A DNA stretch of 64,000 bases from Gammaproteobacteria bacterium (GCA_029882355.1 JAOUKV010000009.1:14807-78806); one strand, 5' to 3'. Counted from the first letter of the stretch, positions 41,644 through 52,276 are shown. A program made the numbers and translations. The notes: generated by a model not told the origin, from the sequence alone.

Positions 41644-44600
41644 TCATTTCACATTCTCAATATAGCTCTCAAAAGCCACACAATCTAAAGGCTGGCTAAA
41701 ATAATACCCCTGAAAATTCTGACAGCCCTTTTCAGTCAAAAACATTAATTGCTCTTTGGTCTCAACGCCTTCCGCAATCACTTCCAGACCAAGGTGTGAG
41801 GCCATCGAAATAATGGTCTCAACAATCATTGCATCATTATCATCTTCGACGATATCACGCACAAATGACTGATCAATTTTAAGCTTATCCAAAGGTAACT
41901 GTTTTAAATAAGCCAATGATGAATACCCCGTTCCAAAGTCATCAATTGAGACACGAATATGATTTTCACGCAGCCTTTTAATTTTCTCGATCACTTCATC
42001 TCGATTTTGCATCAACAGGCTTTCTGTAATTTCTAACTCAATACAATCAGGCGACACTTCTGCGCGCAACAAGATATCAAGCACATGCTCGACAAAATTT
42101 TCCTGATGAAATTGTTGTGGACTTACATTTATTGCCAATCGCAGCATTTCTATTTTACATACATTCATTTTGTGCCAAAGACCGATCTGGCGTGCAGCTT
42201 CACGTAAAACCCAATCACCCACCTCAATAATCAGGCCAGTTTCCTCGGCAATAGGAATAAAGTCGCCAGGTGGTATCATGCCTTTTTCAGGATGCAACCA
42301 ACGTACCAAAACTTCAGCACCGACTAATTTATGGTTAACATCCAACTGCGGCTGATAATGTAAAATGAATTCATTATTTTTTATAGCCTCACGTAAACCC
42401 TCGCTAATAGACAATCGCCTATCCACATCAGCCTGCATGGCAGACTCATAAAAACTAACAGCATTACGACCTTTAGCTTTTGCATTATAAAGCGCGCTAT
42501 CAGCCTGCTTAAGCACATCATCAATATTTTTCGTGTTTTCATCAAATAAAGTGATACCGATACTGACATTGATATAACATTTATTAGCGTACAAAGTGTA
42601 TCCATCTGACAAACAAAGACGAATCTTTTCGGCCACTTTTTGTGCCTCGTAACCAGCCCTTACTTCATCATTACCATTATCAGGCAAAAGGATAACGAAC
42701 TCATCACCACCCAATCGAGCCACAGTATCCTCTTCGCGCATCAATGTTGTTAAACGATTAGCTACTTGTCTCAACAATTCATCACCCACTGGATGCCCGA
42801 GCGAATCATTAAGATCTTTAAAACGATCCAGATCCAATAATAACAAAGCACCAATATGTTTTCGCCGAGCACAGGAAGAAATATTCTGTTCGAGCCTATC
42901 AAGTAACAAACGTCGATTAGCCAGGCCAGTTAAATCATCATGATAAGCCAAATGCTCGACATGAGCTTCTGCCTCTTTACGTTTAGTTATATCCTGTGAA
43001 GTTGCCACATATCGAACCACTTCACCGTATTCATCTCTAACAGAAGTAATCGTTAACCACTCAGCATAAAGCTCTCCATCCTTACGCTTATTCCATACCT
43101 CACCCTGCCAGATACCTGACTCAGAAATCAAATACCACATATCCTCATAAAATTTTTCATCCTGAATTCCAGATTGAAAAATACGTGGATTCTCCCCAAT
43201 TAATTCTTCTGCCGTATAACCGGTCATTTTTTCAATCGCAGGGTTAACTCGTATAATTGCCCCCTTCTCATTGGTGATTAAAATTCCTGCGTGGGTATCA
43301 AAAGCCGTTTCTGCCAGACGCAAATTATCCAGTGTAGAAACTCTCTCTGTAATATCCTGAACAACACCCAATGAAGACAATGGTGCTCCATCATTATCAA
43401 AACTAGTCGTACATTGCTCATGCACTATTTTTTTAGTGCCATCCTCTAATACAATACGATGCATTACATCGTAGTCCTCTCTATCAGCTATGGATTTGGC
43501 AAATTCAGTTTTGACACGCTCGACGTCATCTTCATGAATAGCATTTAAAAATGATTCAAAGGTAGGCTGGTGTTTTTCAGTGTCATAACCAAAAATTCTA
43601 TACGTTTCATCAGACCATTCCAGAGTTTTTGTAACATGGTTATATTCCCAGCAACCGAGTTTTGCCGTGTGCTGAGCCGCTAGTAACAAGGCTTCATTTT
43701 TTAGTATTTCTTTGTCTTTTTTTGCATCATTGGTCAAATCACGAATATAGGCATAAAAAATCCAACCAGCATCTGTATGTACTGATTTCATCGATAACTC
43801 TATCGGAAATTCGTCGCCATTTTTATGCAAGGCTAGTGTTTCAATACGTTTAGTCTTGACCTCTGTATCCTCAGAGTTCATTAAACGCTGGATACCCTCG
43901 GTATGCCTTTGACGATATTCATGTGGAATAATCGTTTCATCCAGAGAACGCTCTACAATCTCAGAAAAACTCCATCCAAACATTACTTCTGCAGCAAGAC
44001 TCCATTCACGCACTTCACCAGTTTCATCCATGACTATCACTGCATCAATTGAATGATCAACAATATGCCGTAAGTGTGACGAGTAAGCCTCAATATCACG
44101 CTGCATTTCCACGCTGTCTGTTATATCTTTGAAAACAAAAACAACACCCTTAATAGAATCTGTAGAATCTTTTATCAGGGAGTATTTACCCGAAATTTCG
44201 TAATGCTCACCATATCGAGAATTCAGGGAATAACGTGTCGATGCAACATTGTTATCCTGATCTTTTTTCATCCAGCCTGAAAAATCATTGATCTCATCTC
44301 CCCTGATATTTGTCAGTTTCACCACTTCAGACAAATGATGGCCCTCAGCCTCCTTTTCCAGCCAATCCGTCAACCGCTCCGCTTCAAGATTCATTCCGAG
44401 AACATCGCCATTTTTATCGATACTGATAACTGCATCACCTATAGATTGGAGAGTAATTGCAAGATTATTTTCTCGTGAGCGGTGTTTTAGATTTGAAAAA
44501 TACTGATACAAAATAAACAACACAAAGAGGTATGAAATAACAGCGAAACCTGAAAACTGTAAAACTCTAGCTGCAAAATGGCCATCAGCAATTGCTTTAT

Positions 44601-45093
44601 GAACAATATCCTCATAACCAGCCAACAACACCATCATCTCTCGAAACAGATTATCACGTTTAATAACAGCTAATGATTGGTCCCGAATATTGGTTTGTTG
44701 AGAGTCAGCTCCCTGACTCAATAAAGCATAAAACTGACGATCTACTTTAAGCCAATCATTGTAAACACTCTCTAATTTATCAAAATCTTTATTCCGCAAT
44801 AATTCATACCCAGTAATTTCCTTCAGTAGCTTAATATCTGTTACGACAGACTGAGATTTCAGCTTTAAAATGTCATCATCAACCTTAGTGTTTAGACTAT
44901 TTGCGTCTTTTGCATCCTGCTTTAATTCGATTACTGAGTGACGAATAGTCGCCAGACCCTGATCAATACGCTGCGCATTAACACCTATTTCATTACGCTG
45001 AGGCACTTCAAACAGGTAAAGAATAATCAGTAAAAGTATAGGTAGTGATAAAACTCCTATTAAAGTATGAGTTTTTGTGTCTGCCTGCATCAT
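41644..45093 (-). CDS. Membrane-anchored multi-PAS diguanylate cyclase/phosphodiesterase (GGDEF-EAL)
   Basis: Two TM segments flanking a periplasmic region, about 4 PAS/PAC domains, REED I-site plus GGDEF, EVL and DDFGTGYSS EAL motifs. Confidence 0.95.
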   Translation of the reverse strand: MMQADTKTHTLIGVLSLPILLLIILYLFEVPQRNEIGVNAQRIDQGLATIRHSVIELKQDAKDANSLNTKVDDDILKLKSQSVVTDIKLLKEITGYELLRNKDFDKLESVYNDWLKVDRQFYALLSQGADSQQTNIRDQSLAVIKRDNLFREMMVLLAGYEDIVHKAIADGHFAARVLQFSGFAVISYLFVLFILYQYFSNLKHRSRENNLAITLQSIGDAVISIDKNGDVLGMNLEAERLTDWLEKEAEGHHLSEVVKLTNIRGDEINDFSGWMKKDQDNNVASTRYSLNSRYGEHYEISGKYSLIKDSTDSIKGVVFVFKDITDSVEMQRDIEAYSSHLRHIVDHSIDAVIVMDETGEVREWSLAAEVMFGWSFSEIVERSLDETIIPHEYRQRHTEGIQRLMNSEDTEVKTKRIETLALHKNGDEFPIELSMKSVHTDAGWIFYAYIRDLTNDAKKDKEILKNEALLLAAQHTAKLGCWEYNHVTKTLEWSDETYRIFGYDTEKHQPTFESFLNAIHEDDVERVKTEFAKSIADREDYDVMHRIVLEDGTKKIVHEQCTTSFDNDGAPLSSLGVVQDITERVSTLDNLRLAETAFDTHAGILITNEKGAIIRVNPAIEKMTGYTAEELIGENPRIFQSGIQDEKFYEDMWYLISESGIWQGEVWNKRKDGELYAEWLTITSVRDEYGEVVRYVATSQDITKRKEAEAHVEHLAYHDDLTGLANRRLLLDRLEQNISSCARRKHIGALLLLDLDRFKDLNDSLGHPVGDELLRQVANRLTTLMREEDTVARLGGDEFVILLPDNGNDEVRAGYEAQKVAEKIRLCLSDGYTLYANKCYINVSIGITLFDENTKNIDDVLKQADSALYNAKAKGRNAVSFYESAMQADVDRRLSISEGLREAIKNNEFILHYQPQLDVNHKLVGAEVLVRWLHPEKGMIPPGDFIPIAEETGLIIEVGDWVLREAARQIGLWHKMNVCKIEMLRLAINVSPQQFHQENFVEHVLDILLRAEVSPDCIELEITESLLMQNRDEVIEKIKRLRENHIRVSIDDFGTGYSSLAYLKQLPLDKLKIDQSFVRDIVEDDNDAMIVETIISMASHLGLEVIAEGVETKEQLMFLTEKGCQNFQGYYFSQPLDCVAFESYIENVK

Positions 45094-45310
45094 AATGAAG
45101 GAGTTTTGACGCTCACACAGTCCTTTTCAATGTTGGAAATGATAGTAATAGATATATTAATGGCTAAATTCACACACTTATTATAGTGCTATCCTAACTA
45201 GTGTCCACTATCAGCGTGAAATACATGGAGCAACACTTCAGTGATAAAGGTCACACACAAATATCTACAATGGTATAATTTTCAGAGTGCAGATCCAGAA
45301 ACAGATTTAG

Positions 45311-45760
45311 TTATAAAGAAGCAAGATCCTTATATTTAGAATTGATTTTTAACCATGCTCGAAGCCGACTATGGCTAGCAATGTTGATAGAGTCTGGAAA
45401 CAAGGTCACCGTACGAGAAACATCAGTAATACTGTTTGAAAGAATTAACTGCAAAAGAACATCAGAAACATAGCTGTCACTGGCAAGCTGGAAATCGTAA
45501 TACTCCTTGTCACCGATATTAAAATCGACCAGTCCGTCCGATTTTAAAGAGAGATGAATATTGTTTTTATAATAACTTGAGTATTTGTTCCAGCTGACAA
45601 CAACAAGTATAAAAAGGGAGGTTTTTAGCGGAAGGCCTACCTCACCTATATCACTTATTGATAAAATGGACAGGACAGCCAGAGCATGTATTACAATGAG
45701 TAAACGAAGCGCAATTTTAGAAGCTTTAATATCAAAAAATAAAGTATTCAATTGAGTCAT
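45311..45760 (-). CDS. YgfX/CptA-like membrane protein
   Basis: Two N-terminal TMs, C-terminal L.PDS......RLR.WL motif; downstream of sdhE. Confidence 0.68.
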   Translation of the reverse strand: MTQLNTLFFDIKASKIALRLLIVIHALAVLSILSISDIGEVGLPLKTSLFILVVVSWNKYSSYYKNNIHLSLKSDGLVDFNIGDKEYYDFQLASDSYVSDVLLQLILSNSITDVSRTVTLFPDSINIASHSRLRAWLKINSKYKDLASL

Positions 45761-45780
45761 CAGATAACAGACTTTTGGAG

Positions 45781-45978
45781 TTATTTGACTCCATATTTCT
45801 CCATTTGATCAAGGTGACGAATATAATCAATTAAATCGCCTTCTGCGTCGGCCTTGCTATCAAAGGGTCCTCTTTCCTCACCTTCTCGCGTGGTATAAAA
45901 CCATTCACCATTCATTTGCACAAATCGATCCATCTGAAAAAATGTTTTTGGTTGATCCCCGTCTGATTTTCTACCCAC
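45781..45978 (-). CDS. DUF6316-like small protein
   Basis: RF...NGEWFY.TREG...GPFDSK..AE..L..YI. Confidence 0.75.
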   Translation of the reverse strand: MGRKSDGDQPKTFFQMDRFVQMNGEWFYTTREGEERGPFDSKADAEGDLIDYIRHLDQMEKYGVK

Positions 45979-46013
45979 CTTTCTACCCTCTTACTGTTAC
46001 AGTTCTTATGCGA

Positions 46014-46271
46014 TTAATTTCTTATTGCCTGCCTTATTCTATTGATCAGAGCCGCGACAGCTAAATCTGGAGACACCGTTTTCCCTAACAATAAATCAAA
46101 CAAAGTCTGATCTTGATAATCTAGCACACGAAAAAATAAAAGGGTGTCTTGCTCAGTTAAACTATTATATTCCATTTCTACAAAAGCAGTCAGTAATAAA
46201 TCCAGCTCGAGCATACCGCGCCGACAACGCCAGCGTAGCTGTGAGGCACTGATATTGGCGGATTGACTCAT
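46014..46271 (-). CDS. sdhE: Succinate dehydrogenase flavinylation factor
   Basis: LRWRCRRGMLELDLLL motif. Confidence 0.95.
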   Translation of the reverse strand: MSQSANISASQLRWRCRRGMLELDLLLTAFVEMEYNSLTEQDTLLFFRVLDYQDQTLFDLLLGKTVSPDLAVAALINRIRQAIRN

Positions 46272-46963
46272 AAAGAGTTTGTCACCATTTTTTTCTTGAT
46301 GTTACCAATGGCTTTGGTTGGGTTCAGACCCTTGGGACAAACCTGTACACAATTCATTATAGTATGACAGCGAAACAGCTTGAATGGCCCTTCCAGATTT
46401 TCCAGGCGTTCTTCCAGCGCCTGGTCGCGACTATCCTCAATGAAACGTGAAGCCTGCAACAAGGCAGCGGGACCGAGAAACTTATCAGGATTCCACCAGA
46501 AAGAAGGACAGGCTGTGGAACAGCAGCCACAGAGAATACATTCATACAAACCATCCAGTTTTTCACGCTGTTCTGGTGTTTGCCGCAGCTCGACTTCGGG
46601 CACAGGATCTTTAACAATGAGATAAGGCTTAACCTCTCGGTATTGCTGATAAAACTGATCCATATCGACAATAAGATCACGCACCACAGGCAATCCGGGC
46701 AAAGGCCTGATTTCGACCGGTTCCTCAAGCTCATTTAACGGTGTGATACAGGCCAGGCCATTAACGCCATTGATATTCATACTGTCCGAGCCACAAACAC
46801 CCTCACCACAGGAGCGCCTAAAACTGAGCGTTTCATCCTGCTCTTTTAATTTGAGTAACGCTGCCAGCAGCATCATGCCGGGCTCGATGTCCTTAAGCTC
46901 ATAATTCTGAATATAGGGTTTCTTATCAACATCAGGGTTATAACGATAAATATTAAAACGCAT
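46268..46963 (-). CDS. sdhB: Succinate dehydrogenase iron-sulfur subunit
   Basis: RSC.EGVCGSD, CILCGCCSTACP, CHTIMNC..VCP; start MRFNIYRY with SD AAGGGG. Confidence 0.98.
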   Translation of the reverse strand: MRFNIYRYNPDVDKKPYIQNYELKDIEPGMMLLAALLKLKEQDETLSFRRSCGEGVCGSDSMNINGVNGLACITPLNELEEPVEIRPLPGLPVVRDLIVDMDQFYQQYREVKPYLIVKDPVPEVELRQTPEQREKLDGLYECILCGCCSTACPSFWWNPDKFLGPAALLQASRFIEDSRDQALEERLENLEGPFKLFRCHTIMNCVQVCPKGLNPTKAIGNIKKKMVTNSL

Positions 46964-46973
46964 GTTAATCCCC

Positions 46974-48746
46974 TTAATAAACTCTAGGTTTGGGTGGAAA
47001 ACTTTCCACACTCACGGGCCTGGTGCGAACCGGTTTGTAATCAAGTCCGTTTTCAAATGAATACAAAGTATGGCGCATCCAGTTTTTATCATCGCGTTCA
47101 GGATAATCGATTCGAGAATGCGCACCACGACTCTCAGTACGTGCATAAGCTGAGTGCATGGTCGCCAAACCGCAGGCCATTAAATTTTCAAGCTCCAGAG
47201 CTTCAACTCTGGCGGTATTAAAGATATCACTATGATCGCCAATGCTTGCTAATTTTAGGCGTTCGGCAAGTTGTTCCACTTTCTTCACACCTTCCTTTAA
47301 AACTTCCTCATTTCTAAATACACCACAATGTTTTTCCATAACGGCTTTCAATTCATCACGTAAACCACTGACTGACTCACCACCTTTTACTGCATCTGTA
47401 TCCCAACGCTTGAAACGAGCCATGGCCTTTTCGACACAACTGTCATCCAGTGAACGATGGTAACGATTTTCTTTTAAATACGCGATGATGTGATTCGCCG
47501 CCGCTCGACCAAACACTAAAATATCGAGCAGAGAATTACCGCCCAAACGATTGGCACCGTGTACAGAAACACAGGCACATTCTCCTGCCGCATATAAACC
47601 TTCTATCACCTCTTCTGGTGTATCTTTAACCGGCATCACCACCTGACCATTTCGATTGGTGGGAATGCCGCCCATGGTGTAATGCGCTGTTGGGTATACA
47701 GGTATCGCCGCTTCCGCAGGATCAATACCCAAAAAAGTCATGCAGGTCTGGCGAATACCCGGTAGCCGTTTTTGAATAACGTCTTCCCCCAAATGATCCA
47801 GCTTCAACAGGACATGATCTTTCTTAGGCCCACAACCACGACCCTCGCGAATCTCCGTCTCAATAGCCCGACTGACCACATCACGACTGGCCAGATCTTT
47901 TGCCCTGGGCGCATAGCGCTCCATCATGCGCTCACCCTCACCATTCACCAGATAACCGCCCTCACCTCGAGCACCTTCAGTAATTAACATGCCGCGACCC
48001 GCAATACCAGTGGGATGAAACTGGAAGAACTCCATATCCTGCAAAGGTATGCCAGCGCGCAACGCCATGCCCAAACCATCGCCGGTATTGATCATGGCAT
48101 TAGTGGTGGTTCTATAAAGCTGCCCCGCGCCGCCAGTGGCCAGCAAAGTGGTTTTGGCTTCGATGATAATCGGCTGGCCATCGTGAATATTAAATACCAG
48201 AGCGCCTAATACATGACCTTCGTCATCTTTCAGTAAATCCACTGAAAAATATTCATCAAAGAAATGGGTCTTTGCACGAATATTCTGCTGATAAAGACTG
48301 TGCAGAATAGCGTGACCGGTTCGATCAGCAGCCGCGCAGGTTCGTGCGGCCTGATCACCACCAAAGTTCTGGCTTTGCCCGCCAAAGGGACGTTGATAGA
48401 TTTTGCCATTATCGAGTCGGGAAAATGGCACACCAAAATGTTCCAGTTCATAAACGGCTTTAGGCGCAGCACGGCACATGTATTCAATAGCATCCTGATC
48501 ACCCAGATAATCACTGCCCTTGATGGTATCGAACATATGCCAGTGCCAGTTATCAGGCAACACGTTGGCCAGTGCCGCATTCATACCACCCTGCGCCGCC
48601 ACGGTATGTGAACGCGTTGGGAATACCTTGGAGACAACCGCAACACTGGCATCGGCATCCGACAATTTCAATGCCGCACGCAAACCACCACCGCCTGCGC
48701 CAATGATCAGGGTATCGAACTTTCGTCTTTGAATTGCTTCCATCAT
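46974..48746 (-). CDS. sdhA: Succinate dehydrogenase flavoprotein subunit
   Basis: GAGGGG, RSHTVAAQGG, QFHPTG, HYTMGG, HGANRLGGNSL; ATGA overlap with sdhD. Confidence 0.99.
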   Translation of the reverse strand: MMEAIQRRKFDTLIIGAGGGGLRAALKLSDADASVAVVSKVFPTRSHTVAAQGGMNAALANVLPDNWHWHMFDTIKGSDYLGDQDAIEYMCRAAPKAVYELEHFGVPFSRLDNGKIYQRPFGGQSQNFGGDQAARTCAAADRTGHAILHSLYQQNIRAKTHFFDEYFSVDLLKDDEGHVLGALVFNIHDGQPIIIEAKTTLLATGGAGQLYRTTTNAMINTGDGLGMALRAGIPLQDMEFFQFHPTGIAGRGMLITEGARGEGGYLVNGEGERMMERYAPRAKDLASRDVVSRAIETEIREGRGCGPKKDHVLLKLDHLGEDVIQKRLPGIRQTCMTFLGIDPAEAAIPVYPTAHYTMGGIPTNRNGQVVMPVKDTPEEVIEGLYAAGECACVSVHGANRLGGNSLLDILVFGRAAANHIIAYLKENRYHRSLDDSCVEKAMARFKRWDTDAVKGGESVSGLRDELKAVMEKHCGVFRNEEVLKEGVKKVEQLAERLKLASIGDHSDIFNTARVEALELENLMACGLATMHSAYARTESRGAHSRIDYPERDDKNWMRHTLYSFENGLDYKPVRTRPVSVESFPPKPRVY

Positions 48747-49090
48747 TGACCAACCATAGAAAATAATAAAATACGGATTACCCACAGGCCGCAGCCGACT
48801 AGCACACCCACGATCAGCGCCAGCACAGACATACGTAGCATAATATTGTGAACATAATCGAGAATCACATCACGCATACCTATCCATGCATGAAACAAAA
48901 CAGCGACCACAAATAGTCCAAACGCAATAGAATTGAAAGGATGAAACAACCAGTTCCGCCAGTGATCAAAACTGACAACATCGACAGTCATGCCGCAAAC
49001 TAATGAGTAGAGTAAAAATAATGAAATATAAACTGCACTGACACGCTGAATGACCCAGGGTTTTAAACCTTCAAGAATATAAAGACTCAT
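48743..49090 (-). CDS. sdhD: Succinate dehydrogenase membrane anchor
   Basis: W.IQRVSA, HAWIGMRDVILDY; ATGA overlap with sdhC. Confidence 0.95.
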   Translation of the reverse strand: MSLYILEGLKPWVIQRVSAVYISLFLLYSLVCGMTVDVVSFDHWRNWLFHPFNSIAFGLFVVAVLFHAWIGMRDVILDYVHNIMLRMSVLALIVGVLVGCGLWVIRILLFSMVGQ

Positions 49091-49473
49091 AACAACGTCC
49101 CCAGCACCACAATCACGACGACTGAACCAGCCAGAAACATCACCAGCCACGCCGAACGATTTGCAGGGATTTTCTCAATGGCGATATCTGCATCAATCAA
49201 CAGAAAACGAATACCTGCAAACAAATGATGCGCCAATGCCCAGACAAACAGGACTTGTACCGCCACGAGAAAAGGATGTTGCAGGATAAAAAGTACCTGT
49301 TCAAAACCTTCATGAGACTGAACAGACAAATCCAGCAAATAGACAATGAACGGCATAGCCAAAAACATCAATATACCGGATGCACGGTGAGCCAGAGAAA
49401 CCACACCAGCAATAGGTAAACGAATCTTGAAAAGATTCAAATAAACCGGTCGTTTATCCCTTCGCATGACCAT
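49087..49473 (-). CDS. sdhC: Succinate dehydrogenase cytochrome b556 subunit
   Basis: RPVYLNL, S..HR.SG, HH..AGIR.L. Confidence 0.95.
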   Translation of the reverse strand: MVMRRDKRPVYLNLFKIRLPIAGVVSLAHRASGILMFLAMPFIVYLLDLSVQSHEGFEQVLFILQHPFLVAVQVLFVWALAHHLFAGIRFLLIDADIAIEKIPANRSAWLVMFLAGSVVVIVVLGTLL

Positions 49474-49661
49474 TACCTCTAATCATATTTTTTGTTATTA
49501 AAGACTATCATAGACCAGACGATGACTCATTCACAGTCAACGAACAAACGAATTGAAACAACACCGACAAATATCCCTGCAATCTATATATGATTTAACT
49601 ATATACTTTGTCTAAACTAGCCAATGACATAAAACAATCGTTCAACAGAGAGACAATACTG

Positions 49662-50711
49662 ATGAAAATCGAGTGGGAAAGTTTTTTAAAAGATTCAGGC
49701 GCAGAATTTCTCGATAACAAGGTTGAATCCTTTGGCAACCCGTCACAGGAACGCCAGATCATCCATTCCGGCAACATCTTCTGCGACCTGTCGCACTACG
49801 GCCTGATAGCCGCCTACGGTGAAGACACGGTGAACTTTCTACAGGGACAATTCACCAACGATGTCGCCCAGGTTACAGAAACTCACAGCCAGCTCAGTAG
49901 TTACTGCACACCCAAAGGCAGAATGCTGGCCAACTTCAGAATTTTCAAACGCGGCGAGACGCTCTATTTATCGCTACCACAGCCACTACTCGAACCCGTA
50001 CTAAACCGACTACGCATGTTTGTAATGCGCTCCAAAGTCACATTAGAAGATGCCAGTGATGCGTTGATGAGATTCGGCTTTAACGGCCCAGATGCAGACA
50101 AACAATTAAAAGCCATCACCGGCAGCATCCCGGAGAATGTTAACGACAGTGTTCAAAACAATGACTACAGCATCATTCGCAGCCACGGCAAAGATCCGCG
50201 TTTCGAAATCTATGGACAGCTGGACGCCATAACAAAAATTTGGCAATCACTGGATGTTAATGCCACCGCCGTCGGCTCACACATTTGGGAACTACTAAAC
50301 ATACAGGCAGGCATCCCAGTAATCGTTGCCGATACCTGCGAAGCTTTCGTGCCTCAAATGGCCAACATGGGTCTCATTGACGGCATCAACTTCAAAAAAG
50401 GCTGTTATACCGGACAGGAAATCGTTGCAAGAATGCATTACCTCGGCAAACTCAAAAAACAGATGTATCGCATTTCGGTTGAGACTAATGACGCACCTAA
50501 AGCCGGTGATAAGATTTTTGCTGAGAATAGTACGGCGGGAACTGGTACAGGCGTGATTGTTAGTGCTGAGATGAATGCTGAGGGTGTTTATGAAGCATTG
50601 GCGGTTATTCAGATTGCAGATATTGAGGGGCAGGTATTGAAATTGAGGGATGCTGAGGGAGCGGTGATTGAAGTTTTGGAATTACCTTATGGATTTGTGA
50701 CGGGTGAATAA
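49662..50711 (+). CDS. ygfZ: Folate-binding Fe-S cluster repair protein YgfZ
   Basis: FLQGQFTNDV, C.PKGRM, KGCYTGQEIVAR signature. Confidence 0.95.
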   Translation: MKIEWESFLKDSGAEFLDNKVESFGNPSQERQIIHSGNIFCDLSHYGLIAAYGEDTVNFLQGQFTNDVAQVTETHSQLSSYCTPKGRMLANFRIFKRGETLYLSLPQPLLEPVLNRLRMFVMRSKVTLEDASDALMRFGFNGPDADKQLKAITGSIPENVNDSVQNNDYSIIRSHGKDPRFEIYGQLDAITKIWQSLDVNATAVGSHIWELLNIQAGIPVIVADTCEAFVPQMANMGLIDGINFKKGCYTGQEIVARMHYLGKLKKQMYRISVETNDAPKAGDKIFAENSTAGTGTGVIVSAEMNAEGVYEALAVIQIADIEGQVLKLRDAEGAVIEVLELPYGFVTGE

Positions 50712-50863
50712 TTCAGGATAAAAGCTTGAATTAGTCTAGTAGGAAGAGTTGTTCTCTGACCCGGGTTTTCTTACGATTTAAAATTGAAACGAGGTTTCTT
50801 TTTTAGATTTATACTAGCCCTTAAAGTCATTACCCCTATTTACTGTTTATTGGGAGAACCACT

Positions 50864-52180
50864 GTGGAAAGCAATGTAATACAGGAACATGCTAAACAGC
50901 TTACTGATAGTTTGCTCAACGCTCTGAGCAGCCCTCAGTTTTATTCGCAAGCGGGTATTATCATTCTTGCAGTAATCATGGCCTATGCTTTCATTCGTTT
51001 GCTTGATCGCCATTCTGACTTACTCAAGCCAGCAACCAGTAAAACGCATTTTTTCTGGTTACGTGATTCCATCTACCAAATCAGAAGCCTGCTGCTGCCA
51101 CTTTTTATAATTCTTTTTATGGTAATGGCTGTCGATTTCAGCGAATACTTTATTAAAGAATCGTGGCTGGTTCGTATTGCTCAGGGACTGGCTGTGGTAC
51201 TGATAATTTATTCAATCATTTCCCGCTTTGTTTCAAATATTTTTATCAAAGCCGTTTTTAAATGGATTGCGATTCCTATTGCCCTGCTTCAGGTTCTTGG
51301 ATGGCTTGATGGCGTCACCAACTATCTTGAATCTTTGTATATCGAAATGGGCAATATAAAAATCTCTGCCTATGGCGTTGCACGCGTCATTGTTTTCGGT
51401 TCAATTTTGTTCTGGCTAGGTCGCATATCTAACGCGATTGGACAAAAAGCCATTCGTCAGCAAAAAAACCTGGACGTTGGCACACGTGAGGTTTTTGCCA
51501 AGCTTTTCCAGGTCGCCTTATATGTAGTGATCTTCATTCTTCTGCTACAGGCGATGGGCATTAATATTACGACCCTGGCAGTTTTCGGTGGCGCACTTGG
51601 TGTCGGTCTTGGCTTTGGCCTGCAGTCAATTGCTTCAAACTTTATCTCAGGCATTATTCTATTACTCGACCGCTCACTCGCCGTTGGTGATTACATCGAG
51701 CTCGCTGATGGACATAAAGGTACAATCCGTGAATTAAATATGCGTTCGACAACACTTGAGACCTATGACGGAAAAGATATCATGGTGCCCAATGAGCAAT
51801 TTATTACTACCAGTTTTATCAACTGGACACATAAGAATAAAAAACAACGTTACTCTATTAATCTACAGGTTGCCTATAGCACCGACCTGCACCACCTATT
51901 CGATTTACTCAGAGAAGTTGTTGCCAGCCACCCAAAAGTGCTCAGCGGCCCTGATTTACCCATTGAAGAAATTCCTGATGCTGAAATAAGTAGCTTTGGT
52001 GATTCAGGTGTTAATATTCTTATTGAATTCTGGATGAATGGCATTGATGACGGTGAGCACCGAGTTGGAGCAGACCTGCTGCTCATGATCTGGGATACGC
52101 TTAAAGAAAATCAGATTGAAATCCCTTTCCCTCAACGCGAAGTTAAAATCGTAAAAGTTGGCGAAGGCATTCATCTCTAA
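50864..52180 (+). CDS. Mechanosensitive channel, MscS family with extra N-terminal TMs
   Basis: GALGVGLGFGLQ..ASNFISG, VGDYI, IMVPN, EIPFPQR. Confidence 0.94.
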   Translation: MESNVIQEHAKQLTDSLLNALSSPQFYSQAGIIILAVIMAYAFIRLLDRHSDLLKPATSKTHFFWLRDSIYQIRSLLLPLFIILFMVMAVDFSEYFIKESWLVRIAQGLAVVLIIYSIISRFVSNIFIKAVFKWIAIPIALLQVLGWLDGVTNYLESLYIEMGNIKISAYGVARVIVFGSILFWLGRISNAIGQKAIRQQKNLDVGTREVFAKLFQVALYVVIFILLLQAMGINITTLAVFGGALGVGLGFGLQSIASNFISGIILLLDRSLAVGDYIELADGHKGTIRELNMRSTTLETYDGKDIMVPNEQFITTSFINWTHKNKKQRYSINLQVAYSTDLHHLFDLLREVVASHPKVLSGPDLPIEEIPDAEISSFGDSGVNILIEFWMNGIDDGEHRVGADLLLMIWDTLKENQIEIPFPQREVKIVKVGEGIHL

Positions 52181-52276
52181 TATATATTGAAAAAAACACT
52201 TAGCAGATATAGCGTAACAACCTTATACTATTGGCTTATTAATTAACCGCTCATATATTTGTATAGGTCATATTAA

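Noticed and set aside
50749..50770. TTGTTCTCTGACCCGGG as the end of a transposase-associated element
   Set aside because: Resembles from memory TCTGACCCC-type ends, but it is single, short and has no partner; insufficient support
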